Assembly: GCA_000708835.1 (NCBI GenBank)
Contig: DF237529.1
Span: 1-56,852 of the forward strand
Length of the DNA stretch: 56,852 nt
Direction: 5' to 3'
Source: Klebsormidium nitens
Taxonomy: Eukaryota; Plantae; Klebsormidiophyceae
The notes beneath the pieces were generated by a model. The model did not search any database. It worked only from the letters and a program-made list of their open reading frames with translations, and had not been told where the DNA came from. Positions 47,845 to 56,852 of this stretch are shown piece after piece. Every line of letters begins with the position of its first letter. Within the stretch, counting starts at the first letter, position 1. The position numbers and the translations under genes were made by a program.

Positions 47845-50800
47845 TCAGTACTCTTCAGATTCGGACGTCTTCGTACGCAGTCTGTACAGGCCTCGCGTCC
47901 GCATGACGAGGGCCAGCCCACAGATCACCCCCCCGGCACAAACACAGCTCAAAAGTACCAGCGCGAGCTGGAAACAAACTGCGCCATGACACGTGTGTTC
48001 CGACCCCGGGGGGGGGTCAATTTGAGACGCGTGCTGGGCTGCGGCTTCTCGGTCGTACAGAGTGCCGGTCAGCCATGTGGAGAGGAAATAGGCGGAGATA
48101 GGGGAAGCAACTCTGCAGAGCACAGAAAGACTGCATTTCTTTCTGCGCTTGCTGTTCGGTTTGGTTTTAGGACTGGCTTGTTCTTATCCGCTCTGGTTTT
48201 GGGCGTGAGCTTTGATTGTTGCTTTGGTTGGTAAACGAAAAAGCAGCGCTTAGCCTGGTCAGGACGAGCGCCAGGTCTTCGACAGGGACCCTGCTTTTAA
48301 GCGCGTCCTGTTTGCATACGTCGAGCTAAGACCCAGCCAGATCGTAGTCAGCGAGAACATTGTTAATCTGCATAGGATCGAGTCAAGGCTGCTCCAACAA
48401 AGACCAGAAGTGCGGAACGGAGGGAAATGACGCGCTTACGTGACGGTGTTGAACGTCGCGCCGTAGTTCCGGAGCCCGAACAGCTCTGACGTCAGCACCG
48501 GCATGAGCGCCCAGTGCGCGCCTTGAGCCAGGCCCACCAGAACCGACCCCACGTACAGAGAGTAGGACGCTGCAGATTGGGTGTGTCACGTTTTAGACCC
48601 TTGTCTTTTGATGCTTTCGAAGGGATGACTGCATGGGTGGCCAGTACGCGCGTTGGAGTGGTCCGCCGGAACAGGAGCGGACGGAGCAGGAGCATGGAGC
48701 TGCGGACTGGCATCACACTTGCGGATGGGTTTTGAACTGTCAGGCAACGTCGTCTTGACGAGTTTATGCGCGCACCAGGATAGAGTACAGAAATCCTTAT
48801 GGCGAAAAGCTGCGTATCGGCGAACCTATGCTTGTACTGATGTATGGCGCACTGACCATATAAATTGATTCACAACAACTTGACAACCATGATCCATTAG
48901 ATTCACATGATAGCTCCGGCGGTAGAACTTGAAGACAACAGATAGACTGCTGTAAGCATGTAGATTGATCCAGGAACTTGTGAAGAGGGCATGTGCACGT
49001 ACCTCCTGTTGCCAATAGGAGGATCGCGAGGCCCATAAGCGATGTGAACATCACGGCAGCGATAGGCCGAGGGAGCCCGGCCCGGACGATGCACTCTGAT
49101 GAGTACCTGCGGACAGCTTCGCAATTTAGTCTGGCGAGCTTCGAGGGTGTCAGTTGTTGATAATGAAGCGAATGCATGTGATTGTAGAGTCGTCCGAGGG
49201 TGAGAGTATTGATCTGAAGTTGTGAATGCTGGGCAGAAGCAAAGAAGAAGCTGCATCGAACTGGTACCAAAAGGAGCATGAGACGAAGCAATGAACCAGG
49301 AGATGCATAATTGTAAAATTTGAAATCCATTAAACACTTACGAACCTGACACAGCGACGACTACTTGATTTTAGTCTGGTCGAAAAGAGATTCGCACCGA
49401 GCGGAAGCGCTCCGTAGGTTTGAATAGAAGAAGGACACAGGGACAAATGTGAAACGAACTTGCGTCTATCTGAAGTAGATCCATGCACATCCCTGGGCAG
49501 CTTGTTTCCAGAAGCCGCAGCTCGTTCGTCACAGAATTTCTAAATCAATACGATAAAATTCGGCGCGTCCTGCGAACAGAAGCATCCTTCCACCATGTTA
49601 ACAAGCGCCCGAGGCAGTTCCGAACCCTGAAACGGATATGAAAGACGAGTTGCGAAGATTCTTGAGCGCGCAGGTTAGCAATGTGTTGGAAGATTCTTAA
49701 GCCGCTACCTGTAACGACTGCTCACCCAGCAAGCAGGCGCCCGAGGCAGTTCCAGATGCTGAACAGCGAGATGAACGACGAAACGCGCGACGTCCCGAAC
49801 GAGCGCGCAATCTGCCCGAAATTGTTCACGATCGTCAGGCCGCTGCCCGTGCCCGCCCCAATGATTGCAGCAAACAGCCTGAAAAGGATTCGCAGGTCTG
49901 AATCAATGGGTTTCCGGTCGTAAGGTTTGGCGTCAGCCACAGAGTGAGAACTTGCATCCAGAGAATCCAACGATCGGCGTGGACCTTGACACATTTTCTG
50001 GCTGGATTGGAGGTGCTCATGCATACGATCTAAGCAGTTTCGGGTCGGCAGGGGACACTTAGCGAATTGTGTCTGCAATAATCAGGTTTCATGCAAAAGT
50101 AGTCGTCAGCCTGAAAAAGGTACAAGGAGCGAACGTAAACAAGAGACCCGACTGCGTTGCTTAGTCAGAGATCGGGTTTTCATACTAGGTCGATTCTGGC
50201 TCAATCGTTCCGTAGATCAGACTGCCTTCTTACTAGTTAAGCCCTGTATCGCTGTCAACCCATTTGGAAATTGTTTGAGTCTTCGCCAAGAGGCGGTCAA
50301 CAGGCAGACCCTGGCACCAGCATGCCACTCAATCGAAGGAATGAACCAACACGAGCCGCTAGTCTTCAAATCACGCTAAACAATCGGTAAGTATTCTCAC
50401 CAGAAATTGGCAGTCTGCACGCTCTCGTAAAGAGTGAGTTCCGGCATCTCGAGGTGAACGGGCTTGTCGGTGTGAACGGGCTCCTCCTGCAGCAGCGTGC
50501 TGCTCTCCTCGTCGTCCGGATTGAGGGCGTCCAAATCGCTCGAGACGTGCTTGTACCGCGGACGTCCGAAAAACTGGGAAACGATCAAAAGGATATGAGC
50601 AGAAGAAACTGAAGACTGAAGATCAGTCCCAGTGAGCGGACATTGTGGCTCGGCAGCAAGCAAGAAAGCTCGAGATCAAGCGTACTAGGGCAACCTCGCG
50701 AGCGGAACCTAGTTTCGGAAGTACTTTCACGGGTCTTGCCTGGTTGTTCGGGCTGCAAAATCGTGTCCTTGGAAATTTTCGGCCTTCGAGACGACTCCCT

Positions 50801-53800
50801 ATCCCAAAATGGACCAGGGAAATCAAAAGTGTGCAGCAGGTTGAGCATTGTTTTTGGCGGAGATAGATAAAGGAGTCTACGAAGATCAATCGAGGACACG
50901 GGTTCAAATCCCGGTCACCGAGGTGCCTTGGTTTTATGATCCGGCGACTCTGATGACTAGGGACCCATTGAGAGGCCGCGGGTAAGGTGAGGTTTGCAAT
51001 TCGAAAGCAGAGTTAACCAGGACGGTTGGGCGTCTCACCGGCATTGCCAAAGGCAGGAAAAGAATGGCGATCATGATTGTGGTCAGCGCCCGCTGAGTCG
51101 CCACGCCCAACACAAAAACTTCCTGTAATCAGGAAACGACAACTTTGCCAGAATCAGCTCCTATCACGCAGAGATCGAAGGGCCTAAACCTATTTCTCAT
51201 CGAGTTACGGCCGTTCGGATCAGGTCTGATAACATGATACCCAGGACGCACTGCCCCTTTGCTGAACCCTCGTGCTCGTGCATGTATTTCGTCGTGTTGG
51301 AAAGCAGGGGATTCCAGTCCAGGTCGCGCTTTCGCCAAATCACTTGAAACCCCTGCAATACTGTTGGCAGATCCGCAACGTATCGCATTGAAGGATCTTC
51401 TGGACACGCTGACGAGTCCCATATCAACCATCGAAAAGCGGTAGCCAAGCGGGCGCTTAAAATCCCAACGAGGCAGTCAAGCCAGCCAGGAATATTTGAG
51501 AAAGACAATTTAATCGTGTCGACGCGAAAGCGTTCCATTTTACTGTAGTCACCAGTATCCCGATGCGAGACACTGATCTCCCAAAGAAGCTGGCTTGCCC
51601 AAATACCTACGCAGATGTCTGTATGGCTCCCCTTCGAAAGGTCAAACAGTAACAGATGAGGCTTGACAGAAGAAGAGAGCACAGGAAGGGGCTTACCGAA
51701 AGAACAATGGTGATGAAAAGGTATCCCGCCAGGATCAGAATGATGCACTGCAAACGAAAGGGAAGAACGTAAGCTGTCTCCCCGTAAGTTTCACGAAATC
51801 GGATCTGCGCAGTACGAACGCAGCAAGCAATTTTAGCGCACGAAGGTTTGAAATTGACATGATGAATCTCTCGTGTCTGCTCCAAGGTTTCGAGCAACCC
51901 CGCGTGTCAAAGCGGCTGGTACAGCTTCAGCGCAGTAACATCCGCAGCTGACATGCAGATTTTTGAAAGTTACTTTCAACCACCGGAAACGTATCTAGCC
52001 TCGTCAGAGTAGCATCTTCGATCAAATTCTTGGACAAGATTCATTAGCAGAAGGCGGACAGCGGAAGCGAAGCTTGAGGCGGAAAGCGGAAGGACACGGC
52101 CTCACATACGACCACCGGATCCGTTTCTCGATTTCGTGCGGCTCGGTGTCGTGCTTGTTGGGGTACGGTTTGACGAACGCCATCACAGCGGTTAGTACCA
52201 CAAACGGGCCGATGGCTTGGAGGAGAATGAAGCGGCTTGCGTAGCCGTCGAAGAAGCTCGTGTAGATCTGCGGGGAGAAAAAGGAGGAGGCCCATTTCGA
52301 CGTCTGTGCCTTCATTTTGTTGATTGTTTTCCAGAATGTGGAGTGGTTTGAAAAAGCACGTGAAACATGTGCCTCATACAACGCGGCATACAGACTGGTC
52401 ATTTTAAGAGCTCTGGTCGCAACCCCTTTGGGGTCGGGTGGGTGAAAGCTCTAGGATGGGCACAACTTACTGGATCTGACCGAAGGTTTCTGACGGTCAA
52501 AAAGAAGAGGCCGTCAAAGAAACACGGACAGAAGTCGGGACCGCGGGTTTTACGTGGCCTTGCTTCCACGTGCTTGCACCGTCAGAGAATCCACCTTTTT
52601 GGGCGGCTTCGTCAGCAAACGAGTTTCTGTGAGCTTCACATCCGAGCAATCAGCATGGCTTGTGGCGCAAGGGTCACTTCGATGAAACAAACAACGGTCA
52701 CTCCAGAAGCTGCTTGCTTGAAAGGGTCTCGATGGAACGTGAGAGGAGCGTCGCTTACACGGGCAAACATTGCGGCGCTCAGTCCGAGGTATGCCTTCAG
52801 GAGACCGACCACGTGGCCTCGCTCTGTCGGAAAGGTCTGCATGCTGGGGAACGATGGGCGGATGACGTCAGCGTGCTGTCACTGAGATGGGCTGGGAATT
52901 GCAAGAGACTTGCGGTCGGCACTCACTCTCGAAAGAAGTGAAAGGTAGCGACTCTCTTTCGAAAGAAGTGACAGATCGTGATGCGAACGTGGAGGGAAAG
53001 CGAGATTTTGGGTTACTGCGAAACTTGTCAGCATGCTAGGAATGGTCCATACGGCCGCAGGTAGAGTGGAAGAGCTCCGCGAAGCATGTCGGACCAGATT
53101 ACAGAGATGTCATTGACCCGACTTTTTGTTTCTGGATCATATTTGAGAGTTCAACTGACAAATTGTTCCGAAGAGAGAAATCTGATCCAGCTTCTGCAGC
53201 GGCCTTCGTGAATAAAACTTAAAGCCCTGAGTCGGAGGATATGCAAAACCTAATTCCCCAGGGCTAATTTGCATCGGGCGCCACTCCTGACAACCCTCAA
53301 GGGATGATTGACAGCGAGTTGACACTGGTTTTGTCAAAACTATCAGGGAATGTTCGCAATAATAAGCAGATAAACAGAGATTGATGGAGAACCCAAGCTC
53401 ACTTTGTGACCATTACTGGGGTCGAAACCCAGGGCTCTCCGTTGGATCCTATCACCATGAATGCGCAGACTAGCCAGTACGGGGGTGCGATTAGCTTGAG
53501 GCTTGTCAGCCATATCTGCATAAGCAAAGCCAGTGTTAGCCCAAGCAAGCACGTGGCTGAGTTGGTTGTTTGTCGTGGACTCTAAGAGTGGAGCTTAGGT
53601 AAGATTGAACTTTCTGCAGACTGGCTGTACCGAGGACAAGGGCAATGACAGCGAGCCTGGAAACAATCGCATAAAAAGAGAAGCACCATCGGCACCTCAT
53701 CTGAACGAAAGCACCATGAATGCTGTTGATTGGCTGGTGCTATAGACTCCAAGAAGGGACATGGACCATCCTCGTTGCTAAGGTCACGGTCTACTTTCTT

Positions 53801-55177
53801 GAGAGATTTATTTGTCAGGGCAGTTTTGGAGAAGGTTTCTTTTTCAGAGTCCGTATCAAACAGCTCAGCAGAGCTCATTCGAGGCCACCATTATTTTTCC
53901 AGTCTTAACCCAACTAGATCTCAAGAAGGGACGAACAACAACAATCCGACTCACCCCAAGGTAGCCTGCTAGGTTGAAGCTGGCCCCAATCAACACCGAC
54001 ACCCAGGGGGGATAGAAGTTGTAAAGCAACCCTGCCGGTACTCCGTAACCGCCCCCGAAGTCCTTGCTTGATCCAAGCCCGTCGATTTGGGTCTGGGACC
54101 AGTTAAGGGTCTCTTTGAGGTGCTCGGAGTAGACGGCGAAACAGTAGGACAGCCCGGAACAGGCCTGCGACAAGGGAGAGATAGTATTAGCTTGTGAATG
54201 GCTCTTTATTCTCTGCTTTCGTGCTTCTCCATTTTGTGTGCCTGTGTCTCTAGAAGCTCCATTCACATTGAAGTTACAAGACCGCTTGGATAAAATCTCC
54301 AGAAATGTCTTCTTGCTTCGTCTAGTTTTTGCATGCTTGACTTGTAATGGTACGCACTGCGCAAAGGTCCTTTCTGGATTCGATGATCTGGTCACTGCAA
54401 TTAGACAATTGATGAATTGATACGTCTTTGAGACTGGCGCCTTCTGTGTGTGACCCGGTGCTCGTGGACAACTGATTGCAAGCCTTTGTCTCGAGTTCGC
54501 AAATGAGCGGTGTAGGATCAGGCCCCAAACATTGAACTTCTTCTGACAGAAAGGACTTGACAAGGAAAGACATGGCTCAGGCCCCACTACATCAACCCCC
54601 TTCTGACAGAAGGGACATGATGAAGAAAGAGATAGCTGGTTCCGAAAGGGGGCTAGCTAAGCGGCAGATCCTGATTCTATTGCTGTACACAGGCAATCGC
54701 AGCTGGCGCCCACTCTCAAGGAACAAAGTTGAAGGGCCGTTATTCTCTTTGAGTGTTGCTGATCAAATTGACATCGAGTTTCTTCCAGTAAATAAAGCCT
54801 CCCTCCTTGACTATTTCTTGTCTAACACTTCACCGTCTGATCTCTGAATGGTATCTTTTATCGGGACCAGAATCAAACCGCGAAAGATTAGAAGATGCCA
54901 ACCTGGCTTATGCCCCAAGCACTACGTGAGCAACAAGGCGCCATCCTTTCACATTGTGTGTTTTCCATTATGCCCCAGCGTGCAGAGAACATTGAATCTG
55001 TACGATGAAGGACATACATTCTAAATCAAGCGAGATGTGATCATGACAAGAAGTGCAAAAAGGTGGTACATTTTACGTTGTTGAGCGCCTTACTTCAGCA
55101 TAAATGCCCGCAGCTAAGCCAACCCATTCGTTCTCCAAGAGTGACGGCTGGTCCTTAAGCGGGGCAGATGACGTCAT
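47845..55177 (-). CDS. Nodulin-like / NFD4-type major facilitator superfamily transporter, about 538 aa, 12 exons
   Basis: Exons 55177-55094, 54164-53955, 53515-53403, 52843-52759, 52267-52106, 51747-51697, 51122-51039, 50573-50401, 49878-49726, 49106-49003, 48569-48440, 48112-47845; phases consistent. Motifs Y.FAVYS..LK..L..SQ.Q, NMQTFP..RG.VVGLLK.Y.GLS.A, G.GSGLT.VNN.GQI, SIWN.LGR..AG and SELFGL..YG..FN. Confidence 0.93.
49470..49725 (-). repeat. Degenerate copy or copies of the 3' end of MFS exon 9
   Basis: Plus-strand gcgcccgaggcagttcc occurs exactly at 49737 (exon) and 49605, with flanking similarity. A fainter copy may lie near 49480. Confidence 0.75.
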
Positions 55178-56004
55178 CTGGAATAAGGTTTGCATGATAT
55201 AAAACGACCGCTTCCTCTTCCAAGAACTGAGATGTAGGATTGCAAGGCCGCCTGCCTTGAAGTTGCACTGAAACTTAAAGCTGGCTAGATCCAACATCTG
55301 CTCAAACTTTATAAAGCTCGCCATGGACAACCGACAATGCCATATGCAAATTGCCAAGAGCAGAACGAGGAGGTTTAACCGGTAAGGTTAAATTTTCATG
55401 CCGTTTACATATACGGTAACCAGTCCCATATACCTAGGGCCATACGGACCACGGTACTTTGTAAGCCTAACCGGAATTTTGACCCCCTGTGAATCTTGTT
55501 GGATGATGATGATTTTTGCTCTCAATGAGCTCAATGTCCCCAGTCTTAACGCTAGCATTGTGAGGCTGGTAATGTGGATGTGTTATAGAGGGAAGTGAAA
55601 ACTTTCTGTACATCGCTGAGGCTTAACCTGCGACATATCGCTAGCACTTTAAGACCCAAATCATCATGCATTACATTCAGGCAGGCAGTACAACGCAGGA
55701 AGCTCCCGGAAAGCTCGAAAGAGGCACTCTTCTTTGGAAGCACTGTGAGTAGATTGGCATTGGTGAGCATCTTGGAGGTGGAGTCCCAACACTTTTACAT
55801 TGATTGAGCTACCAATTTGCTTCGTACTCTTAATTTTGTGGCCCACTTTGTGGCTTTCCCACAGTTTGATGAAACACAGCCCTGTTTATGCATGTATATC
55901 ACTGTCAGGCTTTGCTCCTTCGCTCTTTGCTTTCTTCTGCCCAAGCCGTATTTAGCTATTAAACCTTGACTGCAATTTCAGACGTACAAACAACTGGCAC
56001 AAAC

Positions 56005-56766
56005 AACTTACCATGGACTTATTAGCTTCGGCAGCCAAGCAACAGCCTGATCTCAACTTACTGGCTCACCAGAGCAACCAACTCACCAACTTACCAACTT
56101 ACTAACTTACCCCAAAAGCAAGGTTCCAACTTATCAGTTCTTAGCAACTCTTCAAGAGCATACTGGCTAATCTCAAACGGCCTATAAAGATTAGCACAGC
56201 TTGAAGTCACGGCTTGGAGTCCTAAAGCAGCCTGTACCTGCATAGTGAGGCTTGGCTGCAAAGTGGCAAGCGTAATGTTTTATCAGACTTATCGGCCCAA
56301 GCAAAGGAGTTGACACTGATGAGACCTACAGAAGCTTGTTGTATCCTACAGACAAGAACGCCAGTTGGACAGCTTGTTTTGGTCATATGCTTCTGTTTTC
56401 GCTGGCTTTCATGTTGGTGCTCTGATTATGCCAAGCTTGCCACAGGATCTTCCCTTAAGTCACAAATTTTCCACATTTCAAGATTCCGTACTTAGGAACC
56501 TAGTCTTAGGAACCTTAGTCTGCTTTGCAACCACTTCTTGATAAGCTTCCCAAATTACCCGCTAAACACAAGCCTGCACGGCAACTTACCAACTTCTCAA
56601 AACTTGCTCTAACTTACCTGCAACAATGGGCTGCATCGATCGCTCTTGCTTATTTCATAATTGGCTTATCTTGCAGGCAAGGCTGTATGACAATTTCCCC
56701 ACGATGGTCAAAAATATTGCGATATGTATCTTTAGATGATCTAAGCACTCAACTTACCAACTTCTC
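56005..56766 (-). repeat. Cluster of eight GTAAGTT (5' splice-site consensus) heptamers
   Basis: Plus-strand aacttac at 56005, 56055, 56088, 56096, 56104, 56583, 56611 and 56751. caacttaccaacttctc is exact at 56582 and 56750. Confidence 0.8.
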
Positions 56767-56852
56767 TGATTTAGGGTCACTGCACTTCAACTTTTCTTTG
56801 GGATCTAAGAGGAAAGCAATTGTGCTGGCACAACGATGCGTGCTCGCGTGTG

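Noticed and set aside
47701-48234. 177-aa plus-strand ORF
   Set aside because: Antisense shadow of the last MFS exon; no recognisable product.
53600-53720. Candidate MFS exon (LAVIALVLG..)
   Set aside because: Exon 53515-53403 gives the expected family sequence and correct phase without it.

Overview
Eukaryotic, intron-rich nuclear DNA. It mixes plant-type genes (GT14-like Core-2/I-branching enzyme, nodulin-like MFS transporter, EID1-like F-box, MAX2-like F-box/LRR) with genes typical of ciliated eukaryotes (FAM184). This mix points to a streptophyte alga such as Klebsormidium (inference). I assembled seven multi-exon gene models by hand with consistent splice phases, plus a partial F-box/LRR gene at the left edge broken by two compensating frameshifts. 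Main signals: (1) exon-edge 'echo' arrays, i.e. tandem decaying copies of an exon end plus its splice site, stacked in introns of three unrelated genes, with similarity generally falling with distance from the real exon; (2) a MAX2/D3-like gene with +1/-1 frameshifts; (3) a J-protein with an ATG2/VPS13-like amphipathic N-terminus; (4) a MITE with 25-bp perfect TIRs; (5) a GC-AG intron; (6) a cluster of 5'-splice-site heptamers at the right edge. No rRNA, tRNA or CRISPR array was seen. Family calls rest on motifs recalled from memory, not on database searches.
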